64,000 nt of DNA from positions 3,552,001 to 3,616,000 of the forward strand of contig OY759316.1 of the NCBI GenBank assembly GCA_963662275.1, written 5' to 3'. Source of the DNA: Candidatus Cloacimonadales bacterium. GTDB taxonomy: Bacteria > Cloacimonadota > Cloacimonadia > Cloacimonadales > DAONDQ01. The notes under the pieces were generated by a model that worked only from the letters and a program-made list of their open reading frames with translations, was not told the origin of the DNA and ran no database searches. Below, in pieces: positions 31,347-40,140 of this stretch. Numbering within the stretch: position 1 is the stretch's first letter; the number at the start of each line of letters is the position of its first letter. Made by a program: the position numbers and the translations under genes.

Positions 31347-31912
31347 TTACCCTCCAATATTAGGTGCAAAGTATCTTTTCGACCCCCCTACCCCCCTTCT
31401 CAAGGGGGGATATTTTTTGCTCCCACCTGGGAAGGATGTTTAATCAATCCCCCCTTGAGAAGAAGGATATTTTTTACTCCCACCTGATACGATGTTTAAT
31501 CAATCCCCCCTTGAGAAGGGGGGTAGGGGGGTCTTTCAGAACTGTGTCTCCAATCCCAGACTCTTTTCCCGTGCAATTAACTTTTCTTGTAAATCTTCAA
31601 AAATACCACCTATGTTCTCCAAAACATCATGATGTGCATATCTAATCACTATTATCCCGAATTCTCTGGATATTTCGGAGTGAGAGAGCATAGTGTACGC
31701 TCCAACAGAGCCACGTCTTCGGAAAAATAGAGCCACCTAATTCGGAGATGAGAGCCACTCTTCTATTTTCAATAATTAATACAGGTAATATACAAAAAAA
31801 TAAGCTATAACTAATCTTTTTGCGACGGCTGCCGTGAAGTGAGGCCGTAGGCCGAGCGAAGCGGCAGCCGTCGCCGGGAAAGTTGTAGTACCATCCCAAG
31901 TATTAACTATCG

Positions 31913-32659
31913 TTATTCTTTCTTAATGCCATTGCGTTCTCTCATTGACACTTTACCATCGATAAAAATAGGATAGGAATCGTGTATAATCCGGTCAAGG
32001 ATGGCATCGGCAAGGGTTTCCTGACCAATCTTCTCATGCCATCCTCCGGTTCTGAACTGAGAACAGAAGATCGTTGATGAGTGCTGATGCCTCGCTTCGA
32101 TAATCTCCAAAAGATCTCTTGCCTCTTGTTCTCTGAGTGGTGTCAGCAGCCATTCATCAAGTATCAGCAGTTTGATCTGCTTGTATTGTTTTATGACTTT
32201 CTTAAAAATACCTTCACCTCTGGCAACTGCCAGGTCATCCAGCAATTCGGGAAGTCGTATATATCTGACAGGATAATAGTTCCGGCAGGCTGCTATCCCG
32301 AAAGCACAACCCAGCCAGGATTTCCCGTTTCCTGATGCTCCCATAATGATTATATTCCGATTTTCGCTGATGTAACTGCAGGTTGATAAACGGATAATCT
32401 CAGATCGATCCAGCTTTCTGTCATCATGATATTCTACGTCTTCAATACTTGCCTGGCTGAACTTCAAGTTTGCCTTCTTAATTAGCCTCTGCAGTCTGTT
32501 ATTTTTGCGTCTGGCCCATTCAGCATCTACGAGCAGACTGAAGCGTTCTTCGAAAAGCAAATCCTTAAATGCACCATCATGTAATTGCTGGCAGAAAGTA
32601 TCAGCCATAGCACTCAAATGCATCTCGTGAAGCTTATTGACTGTTGATTGGCTGATCAT
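31913..32659 (-). CDS. istB: IS21 helper ATPase IstB
   Basis: GASGNGKS Walker A, LLILDEW Walker B, LEIIEARH, ADAILDRIIH. Confidence 0.95.
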   Translation of the reverse strand: MISQSTVNKLHEMHLSAMADTFCQQLHDGAFKDLLFEERFSLLVDAEWARRKNNRLQRLIKKANLKFSQASIEDVEYHDDRKLDRSEIIRLSTCSYISENRNIIIMGASGNGKSWLGCAFGIAACRNYYPVRYIRLPELLDDLAVARGEGIFKKVIKQYKQIKLLILDEWLLTPLREQEARDLLEIIEARHQHSSTIFCSQFRTGGWHEKIGQETLADAILDRIIHDSYPIFIDGKVSMRERNGIKKE

Positions 32660-34200
32660 TTATTTTTCCTCCCGTAGTAGTCTGCACCTCTGGTAATACC
32701 AAAATCAGAAGCAGGATCATTCTTTGCAGTCTCTGCCGCATTATTGATCTTATCAAAACCCGTCTTGAGTATGGTTTGGATATTTTTATAACCGGGATTG
32801 GGTGTATAAGATAATGCCCTTTGACATGCACTTTCGAGCCTCTGCACAGAATACCTGTCAGCTGATTTCAGAAGTGCCATACAGGAACGGTATCCCTGCT
32901 GTTCAACACGATAGGATGCCAGAATAGACTTAATTACGATCATCGTATGTTCCCCTATTTCCTTTGCCCAGGAGATAAACCTCTCTGCATTCCATTCCTG
33001 ATATTTCTGATGCTGTTCAGGCATATGTTCAGGGAGTGTCTGATACTGACCGGGATGACCAAATTTCCTGACATGGGAAGCGATTCTGTTGGAGTTATAG
33101 AAAACCTCGACAACTCTGCTTGTGATGCGTACATCCACATAGTATTTTATGTATTCATAAGGAACCGAATAGTACATCTTATCCACGCTTATATGATAAT
33201 TGAACTGTACTGTTGCCTTTGACCAGGCAGCAAGCTCATATGGCGACAATGACAATGGAATAAGCATGGGCTGTTCTTCTGCCTGAAAGACACTTTCTCT
33301 GCTTCCTTCTTTCTTTTGAAAGGGCTTGGTATTGAACTCTCCCAGTTTTTCCCTGATTGACATATTGAGTTCATGAAGCGAAAAGAATGTCTGGTTTCGC
33401 AAGGCAGCAATGATCCAGGTTGAGATGACTCCAACTGTGCCTTCTGCACTGGGCTTATCCTTTGGTCTTCTAACTCTGGCAGGTATTACCGCAGTATCGT
33501 AATAAGCAGACATTTCTCCATAGGTTCTGTTGATAACGGGAGTATACCACGACACATGGTCAACTCCCGTCTTAAGATTATCAGGAACAAGTATTTTAGT
33601 AACTCCATTAAAGTACTTGAAGCTATTTATATGAGCCTGAATCCAGCTTTCCATATTCATGGAAAGAAAGGCTTCCACATAGGAATAACCACTGTACGGG
33701 AGGGTTGCTACAAAAACATAGGCTTTGATCGGTTCACCGGTAATGTTGTTTTTGATGGCGGCAGTCTGTCCAGCCCAGTCCACTTCCAGCTTTTCTCCTG
33801 GTTTGTGTTTTATTCGCATGGTTGCTTTTGTCTTTTGTGAGTAATCATGGTAATGTTTGCAAAATTGCGTATACTTGTAGGGAATAGCCTGATTATTCCT
33901 GCATCCCTCAGAGTATTCATGCCAGAGTAGCGACAGTGTTACACCACTCTTGGCAAGTTCCTTGTGTATGTGTTCATAATCAGGCATCTTCTGCGGGTTT
34001 GACGATAAGTAAGCCGGAAAGAGCTGCTCTTCGATCATCTCATTTGTTAATGTATCAGGAAGCGGCCATTCAAGGCTCTGGTCTGTTGCCCTTTGAATGA
34101 TCATCGACACGTTATTGCGGGAACAGGATAAACTCGCCGCTATGCCTCGTCTGCTTATTCCCTGGCTGTGTAAGCGAAGGATCTCTCGGTAATTGGTCAT
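32656..34200 (-). CDS. istA: IS21 transposase IstA
   Basis: N-terminal HTH (MTNYREILRL..SRRGIA), PGEKLEVDWAG, VPDNLKTGV, PKDKPSAE, YSVP. Start set at ATG 34200 with GGAGG RBS. Confidence 0.95.
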   Translation of the reverse strand: MTNYREILRLHSQGISRRGIAASLSCSRNNVSMIIQRATDQSLEWPLPDTLTNEMIEEQLFPAYLSSNPQKMPDYEHIHKELAKSGVTLSLLWHEYSEGCRNNQAIPYKYTQFCKHYHDYSQKTKATMRIKHKPGEKLEVDWAGQTAAIKNNITGEPIKAYVFVATLPYSGYSYVEAFLSMNMESWIQAHINSFKYFNGVTKILVPDNLKTGVDHVSWYTPVINRTYGEMSAYYDTAVIPARVRRPKDKPSAEGTVGVISTWIIAALRNQTFFSLHELNMSIREKLGEFNTKPFQKKEGSRESVFQAEEQPMLIPLSLSPYELAAWSKATVQFNYHISVDKMYYSVPYEYIKYYVDVRITSRVVEVFYNSNRIASHVRKFGHPGQYQTLPEHMPEQHQKYQEWNAERFISWAKEIGEHTMIVIKSILASYRVEQQGYRSCMALLKSADRYSVQRLESACQRALSYTPNPGYKNIQTILKTGFDKINNAAETAKNDPASDFGITRGADYYGRKNK

Positions 34201-34816
34201 TGCATTGACCTCCATGAATTGATTTACACTGATACAGTGCATTAATTCATGTTGGTTTTTTCTTTCAAAATAGCAAGGTGGCTCTATTTTAGCGAAGACG
34301 TGGCTCTAAAACTCCGTACAAGTGGCTCTCATTTAGAATATTATTCATTCTCTAAGCAACTCGCTACGTTTTCTGTCATAACTCTCTTTCTCTCCGTGGC
34401 TATCTCCATCAATTTCGATAGCAACCTTGAGTTTAGAGCAGTAAAAATCTACTATAAATGATGAAATTGGTTTTTGTTTTGTCCATTTATATCGGATTAG
34501 CTCCCTGTTAGATAAAATATTCGTCCACATCTTAATTTAAGCCGGATTACCCGCTTTACGGTTTTCTCTTGCATATTGTTTCAAGATAGGATCATAAGGA
34601 AATATTCTTTCTTTATTATGCATTTACCCTCCAATATTAGGTTGCAATGTATCTTTTCGACCCCCCTACCCCCCTTCTCAAGGGGGGATATTTTTTGCTC
34701 CCACCTGGGAAGGATGTTTAATCAATCCCCCCTTGAGAAGAAGGATATTTTTTACTCCCACCTGATACGATGTTTAATCAATCCCCCCTTGGGAAGGGGG
34801 GTAGGGGGGTCTTTTT

Positions 34817-35218
34817 TCAGAACAGTGTCTCCAATCCCAGACTCTTTTCCCGTGCAATTAACTTTTCTTGTAAATCTTCGAAAATACCACCTATGTTCTC
34901 CAAAACATCATGATGTGCATATCTAATCACTATTATCCCGAATTCTCTAAGCAACTCGCTACGTTTTCTGTCATAACTCTCTTTCTCTCCGTGACTATCA
35001 CCATCAATTTCGATAGCAACCTTGAGTTTAGAGCAGTAAAAATCTACTATAAATGATGAAATTGGCTTTTGTTTTGTCCATTTATATCGGATTAGCTCCC
35101 TGTTAGATAAAATATTCGTCCACATTTTAATTTCAGCCGGATTACCCGCTTTACGGTTTTCTCTTGCATATTGTTTCAAGATAGGATCATAAGGAAATAT
35201 TCTTTCTTTATTATGCAT
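34817..35218 (-). CDS. DUF559 endonuclease, copy 6
   Basis: 133-aa near-identical paralog. Confidence 0.9.
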   Translation of the reverse strand: MHNKERIFPYDPILKQYARENRKAGNPAEIKMWTNILSNRELIRYKWTKQKPISSFIVDFYCSKLKVAIEIDGDSHGEKESYDRKRSELLREFGIIVIRYAHHDVLENIGGIFEDLQEKLIAREKSLGLETLF

Positions 35219-35393
35219 TTACCCTCCAATATTAGGTGCAAAGTATCTTTTCGACCCCCCTACCCCCCTTCTCAAGGGGGGATATTTTGCCGAAAAGGAT
35301 GTTTGATCAATCCCCGCTGTTAGCGTGATATAGAATGTACCACCTTGGGAATGATCAATCCCCCCTTGGGAAGGGGGGTAGGGGGGTCTTCTT

Positions 35394-35795
35394 TCAGAAC
35401 TGTGTCTCCAATCCCAGACTCTTTTCCCGTTCAATTAACTTTTCTTGTAAATCTTCGAAAATACCACCTATATTCTCCAAAACATCATGATGTGCATATC
35501 TAATCACTATTATCCCGAATTCTCTAAGCAACTCGCTACGTTTTCTGTCATAACTCTCTTTCTCTCCGTGGCTATCTCCATCAATTTCGATAGCAACCTT
35601 GAGTTTAGAGCAGTAAAAATCTACTATAAATGATGAAATTGTTTTTTGTTTTGTCCATTTATATCGGATTAGCTCCCTGTTAGATAAAATATTCGTCCAC
35701 ATCTTAATTTAAGCCGGATTACCCGCTTTACGGTTTTCTCTTGCATATTGTTTCAAGATAGGATCATAAGGAAATATTCTTTCTTTATTATGCAT
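35394..35795 (-). pseudogene. DUF559 copy 7 with premature stop
   Basis: Same GAA>TAA change as copy 5, at 35709-35711. The remaining 102 codons are open from the next Met. Confidence 0.85.
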
Positions 35796-35857
35796 TTACC
35801 CTCCAATATTAGGTTGCAATGTATCTTTTCGACCCCCCTACCCCCCTTCTCAAGGGG

Positions 35858-36080
35858 GGATATTTTTTTACTCACACCTGATACGATGTTTAATCAATCC
35901 CCCCTTGAGAAGAAGGATATTTTTTACTCCCACCTGCTACGATGTTTAATCAATCCCCCCTTGAGAAGAAGGATATTTTTTACTCCCACCTGATACGATG
36001 TTTAATCAATCCCCCCTTGAGAAGAAGGATATTTTTTACTCCCACCTGATACGATGTTTAATCAATCCCCCCTTGAGAAG
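35858..36080. repeat. 56-bp tandem repeat x4 in terminal spacer
   Basis: GGATATTTTTTACTCCCACCTGATACGATGTTTAATCAATCCCCCCTTGAGAAGAA, period 56 (GATGTTT at 35941, 35997, 36053). Confidence 0.88.
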
Positions 36081-36113
36081 GGGGGTAGGGGGGTCAAATT
36101 CTGAATTTCGTAA

Positions 36114-37535
36114 CTACCCTCTATATTCTGAAGGATCGATCAAATAGTGAGAGAATTTCAGATACAGGTTCTGCCTGGGTATCTTTGATTGATCTGCGGC
36201 AAGAGAAATATTTCCATGGCAGCTCTTAAGAAGCTCTACCAGATATTCTTTTTCAAAGGATTGCTTAGCTTCCGGATAAGGTAACTGTGTTAAACGATTT
36301 AAAGACATTTCCTGTTCTTCAGCAAATATGTAGTCTGGTAAATCCTCTGGCACAAGAGCTGAATGTTCTGCCAGGATTACTGCATGTTCCAGGGTATTTC
36401 GCAACTCACGAATATTTCCTTCCCATTTTCTGGAATCGAGTATAGATAATACAGGTTTTGAGATGGTTAGCTGCTTCCCGTATTTCTGGCTGAATTCCTT
36501 CACAAATTCATGAGAAAGCAGTTTTATGTCTTCATGTCTTTCCCTGAGTGAAGGAATATGAATATTTATGATATTCAATCGATAATATAAGTCTTCCCGG
36601 AAATTACCATTGACGACTTCCTGTTTGATATCCTTGTTCGTAGCTGTAATGACACGTACATCAACATGAAAGTCCCTGTCTCCACCAACTTGACGAATCG
36701 CTCCCTTTTCCAGGGCTTTTAATAATTTGACTTGGAATGCCAAGCTTGTTTCCGTTATTTCATCCAGGAATAATGTGCCTCCGTTAGCTTCCATGAAGTA
36801 GCCCATTTTATCACGAACAGCATCTGTAAATGCACCTTTTTTATGACCAAAGAGCAAACTCTCTAGAAGTGTTTCTGATAAACTCCCACAATTGACTGCT
36901 ACAAATACTTGTTCCTTACGTTTACTATTCTGATGAATGAGTTCAGCAAATAATCCTTTGCCAACACCAGTTTCACCGGATATGAGAACGGTTGTATCTA
37001 AAGGAGCTATCTTCTGGACTTTATTAATGACAGATTGAATAGACAAGCTTGTCCCAATCACTCGTTGACCATCAAAGTTATCCTGCAGTAATCGATTTAA
37101 GCGGTCATTTTCCTCGACCAGCCATTGTGTTTTTAATATCTTCTTTACCATGAGATTGATCAATTCCAAGTTGCGAACAGGCTTCAAGATAAATTCATCT
37201 GCACCTAATTTCATGGCTTGAACTGCTGTTTCAATTGTAGCATGACCAGATATGACAATGACAGAGATGAAAGGCCATTGCATCTTGATCTGCTGAATCA
37301 GTTCCAAACCATTTTCACCGGGTAAAACCAAATCTGTCATGGCAATATGGAATCTTCTCAACTCTAGTTGCCTGAGTGCTTCCACGACTGTTAAAGCAGT
37401 AACTACTTCATAATCCTGGTACAACTGCATACTGAATAATTCCAAGGCATTCGGATCATCATCAACGATGAGAATCCTCGGTCTTACTTTATTGTTTTGG
37501 ATAACAGGTGTTGGTGATTCCTGGTTTTTTTTCAT
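36114..37535 (-). CDS. sigma54-dependent response regulator (NtrC/PilR family)
   Basis: Receiver domain, GETGVGK, ESLLFGHKKGAFTDA, GGTLFLDEI, FREDLYYRL, WEGNIREL, C-terminal HTH. Confidence 0.93.
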   Translation of the reverse strand: MKKNQESPTPVIQNNKVRPRILIVDDDPNALELFSMQLYQDYEVVTALTVVEALRQLELRRFHIAMTDLVLPGENGLELIQQIKMQWPFISVIVISGHATIETAVQAMKLGADEFILKPVRNLELINLMVKKILKTQWLVEENDRLNRLLQDNFDGQRVIGTSLSIQSVINKVQKIAPLDTTVLISGETGVGKGLFAELIHQNSKRKEQVFVAVNCGSLSETLLESLLFGHKKGAFTDAVRDKMGYFMEANGGTLFLDEITETSLAFQVKLLKALEKGAIRQVGGDRDFHVDVRVITATNKDIKQEVVNGNFREDLYYRLNIINIHIPSLRERHEDIKLLSHEFVKEFSQKYGKQLTISKPVLSILDSRKWEGNIRELRNTLEHAVILAEHSALVPEDLPDYIFAEEQEMSLNRLTQLPYPEAKQSFEKEYLVELLKSCHGNISLAADQSKIPRQNLYLKFSHYLIDPSEYRG

Positions 37536-38629
37536 GATGCATCCTCCACAGGCAACTTAATAGTAACTGTTGTACCGACCAGCGGTTCTGAGATGACGAC
37601 AATATTTCCATGGCAATCGTGGATTACCTGCTTCGTAAAAGATAATCCTAATCCCAGGTGTTCACTTTGATCATCTTTCCTGGTTGAAAACCCCATTTGA
37701 TAAATAAAAGGCATATCTTTCGGGAGAATTCCTGATCCAGTATCTCTAATTATAATCTGAAGATATCCTTTTTCCATCTTTGTTTCAATATATATGTTTT
37801 TCTCTTCCTGGTCACATAAAGATTCAATAGCGTTCCAGAGAACTGCGTCAAGGCAGTAACTCAGATCACCATGAACCATTTTTATTTCCGGCAAGTGCTC
37901 AGATAATTCTAGCTGAACATTCACATTATGCTTGAAGAAGAGATTACTTTTTGCGATCTCCAGTTCATTCAGAATCACTGAATTCACATTAATCTGCTGA
38001 ATAAATTGTGATCTATTTGCTTCAATTTTATCAGATACACTTTTTAAAGATGCATCTATCTGAAAGCCTGATTCATAAATTTTCTTTAGCGCATTACTTT
38101 GAGGACTTTCACGCATCAGGATCTGGACATAACCGATGATCGTGTTTAACGGTGTGTTAATATTGTGAATCAATCCTTCGAGACGCTTCTCCAATATATG
38201 ATTCTGCTGGTTCTTGACTAACTGGAATTGAACGTGATTACACCATTCCTCATTCCGTATTTCTAAGGTTTGATTAGAAATTATACCTAATCCAATTGTT
38301 TTATTATTCTTCTGGATTTTAGTCAGTTTAAGATAAAAGGAAGTATCTGTACCTGGCAAAGTAAAAGCCATTGTCACAATTTGATTCATTTTCATATCAG
38401 GTCGATAATCAATCAATTCCAAGAGCTTAAAAATATCCTGCTTATGCAATTGCTCATGCGTACTAATTCCTAATAATTGCAGAAAACAGGAGTTCCAGCG
38501 AATAAGTTTCCAAGACTCATCAGTAATGAAGACACCGTCAGAAAAAACATCAATCCAGTTAAAATCCTGGATCTCCAACGATTCTATCATATCCTTTTCA
38601 GCAACTGATGGTTCATTTTTTGATATCAT
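37532..38629 (-). CDS. PAS-domain sensor histidine kinase
   Basis: H-box HNINTPL, NAIES, DTGSGI, GFST, GLGLS. No TM segment. Confidence 0.88.
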   Translation of the reverse strand: MISKNEPSVAEKDMIESLEIQDFNWIDVFSDGVFITDESWKLIRWNSCFLQLLGISTHEQLHKQDIFKLLELIDYRPDMKMNQIVTMAFTLPGTDTSFYLKLTKIQKNNKTIGLGIISNQTLEIRNEEWCNHVQFQLVKNQQNHILEKRLEGLIHNINTPLNTIIGYVQILMRESPQSNALKKIYESGFQIDASLKSVSDKIEANRSQFIQQINVNSVILNELEIAKSNLFFKHNVNVQLELSEHLPEIKMVHGDLSYCLDAVLWNAIESLCDQEEKNIYIETKMEKGYLQIIIRDTGSGILPKDMPFIYQMGFSTRKDDQSEHLGLGLSFTKQVIHDCHGNIVVISEPLVGTTVTIKLPVEDAS

Positions 38630-39835
38630 CTAAACGCAAATTCCTTTCATTTTGATATACTCACTTAAACCCATACGGAATATCTGCATCGCTTTCCGTA
38701 AATCTTCTTCATTGAGAATATACGCTATTCTTAGCTCATTTTTGCCCAACCCCGGTGTGGAATAAAATCCTTCCGCAGGGGCAGTCATGACCGTCTCATT
38801 ATCTACAGAATAATTCTTCAGCATCCAGATGATGAAATCCTCAGCATCTGTTATTGGCAGTTTAGCTATAATATAAAATGCTCCCCTGGGTTTCACACAA
38901 ATTATTCCAGGAATTAACTGAAGCTCTCCATATACAAGATCACGCCTCGACCGATAAGCTTCAATGATCTTTCGAAAATAATCTTCCCCTAATACAATAC
39001 AGGCTGTGGCAGCCATTTGATCAAGAGTAGGCGGACAGAGTCTTGCCTGGGCAAATTTTAACGTGGCAGCCATGAGAGATTTATTCCTGGAAATGATACA
39101 GCCAATACGTGCACCACAAGCACTATAGCGTTTTGAAATACTATCAACCATAATGGCTAGATCATCCATGCCGGGGATGGATAGAATACTCGTATGCCTG
39201 GCTCCATCATAAACAAATTCACGGTACACTTCATCAGATATGACATACAAATTATGTTTCTTTGCTATAGCAGCAACCATTTCCATCCCAACTTGATCAT
39301 ATACGGTTCCGGTGGGATTACCCGGGTTGCATAACATGATCGCCTTGGTCCTGGTATTAATCAAAGCTTCAAATCTATCTGCTGAAGGAAGGGCAAATCC
39401 GGTCTCTGCATAGGTCGTCAAAGGAACAAGTTTTACACCTGTCATAGATGCAAATCCATTATAATTTGTATAAAATGGTTCGGGGATAATCACTTCATCA
39501 CCAGGGTTGCAGGTTACAAGCAAAGCAAATACAATCGCTTCTGAACCTGCGGTAGTAACAATAATGTCCTCAATGGAAATGGCAATATTGTTCTTTTGAT
39601 AATAATGAACAAGGCTTTGGCGATATCTGTCTAAGCCTTGGGAAGGACCATACTCCAGTACTTTTTCATCATAATTATGATAAACTTCAAGCATCTCTTT
39701 CGGAGTTGGAATGTCCGGTTGCCCGATATTCAGATGATAGACTTTAATCCCATTTTTCTTCGCTTCATTTGCATAAGGCATCAGTTTTCGAATTGGTGAT
39801 GCCTGAACTTCCTCGGCACGTTTGGAGATATGCAT
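38630..39835 (-). CDS. class I/II PLP-dependent aminotransferase (aspartate aminotransferase-like)
   Basis: LNIGQPD, CNPGNPTG, SDEVY, DSISKRYSACGARIG. Confidence 0.92.
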   Translation of the reverse strand: MHISKRAEEVQASPIRKLMPYANEAKKNGIKVYHLNIGQPDIPTPKEMLEVYHNYDEKVLEYGPSQGLDRYRQSLVHYYQKNNIAISIEDIIVTTAGSEAIVFALLVTCNPGDEVIIPEPFYTNYNGFASMTGVKLVPLTTYAETGFALPSADRFEALINTRTKAIMLCNPGNPTGTVYDQVGMEMVAAIAKKHNLYVISDEVYREFVYDGARHTSILSIPGMDDLAIMVDSISKRYSACGARIGCIISRNKSLMAATLKFAQARLCPPTLDQMAATACIVLGEDYFRKIIEAYRSRRDLVYGELQLIPGIICVKPRGAFYIIAKLPITDAEDFIIWMLKNYSVDNETVMTAPAEGFYSTPGLGKNELRIAYILNEEDLRKAMQIFRMGLSEYIKMKGICV

Positions 39836-40051
39836 TTTTCACCTCATACTTCATTTTTAATTTGTCATATTAAAAGGACAAATAGCTAATAAAGAAAATG
39901 ATGTCAATCTTTATCTTAACAATATATAAAGAGTTAGGAACATACTATGCTTTTCTTACCGTGTGACATACAGATGAGACATGTAGATGATATTATCTCA
40001 TAGAGGAATAACTGTAAAATACAACCTTTAAATTGGGAATTGGCAGAACAA

Positions 40052-40140
40052 ACACCTAGCACCTAGCACCTAACACCTAGAACCTAACACCTAAAACCTA
40101 ACACCTAGAACCTAACACCTAGCACCTAGAACCTAGCACC
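40052..40140. repeat. heptamer tandem repeat (ACACCTA/GCACCTA/GAACCTA), about 12 units
   Basis: Directly visible. It overlaps the last codons of the DUF374 gene. Confidence 0.85.

Larger units (their letters stand above)
31667..34347 (-). mobile_element. IS21-family insertion sequence (2681 bp), TG...CA ends, 5-bp TSD TTCTC
   Basis: Left end TGGATA..TGTACG..AGAGCCACGTCTTCG..AAAATAGAGCCACCT matches the reverse complement of the right end. Multiple AGAGCCAC sub-repeats. TTCTC at 31662-31666 and 34348-34352. Confidence 0.95.
31536..34623 (-). pseudogene. DUF559 copy 5, split by IS21 and carrying a nonsense mutation
   Basis: 3' part is 31536-31666 and 5' part is 34348-34623. GAA>TAA at 34537-34539. 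Confidence 0.9.
28953..36095. repeat. tandem array of 7 DUF559 genes separated by inverted 31-bp REP-like repeats (ATCCCCCCTTGRGAAGGGGGGTAGGGGGGTC)
   Basis: I count 15 full copies of the 31-mer in alternating orientation (first 28953-28983, last 36065-36095), plus internal hairpin-only derivatives. Confidence 0.93.

Noticed and set aside
31642..31899. ORFs 31642-31899 and 31536-31736
   Set aside because: They are chimeric frames crossing the IS21 end and the broken DUF559 copy.
29343..35993. Plus-strand ORFs starting MFQDRIIRKY and similar ORFs across the spacers
   Set aside because: They are antisense to DUF559 and run through the repeats, and their length varies with spacer indels.
29391..36095. 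CRISPR or integron-cassette interpretation of the DUF559 array
   Set aside because: The spacers are reused rather than unique and the cargo gene is always the same. GTTAGC occurs in module D, but I found no complementary attC end and no integrase.
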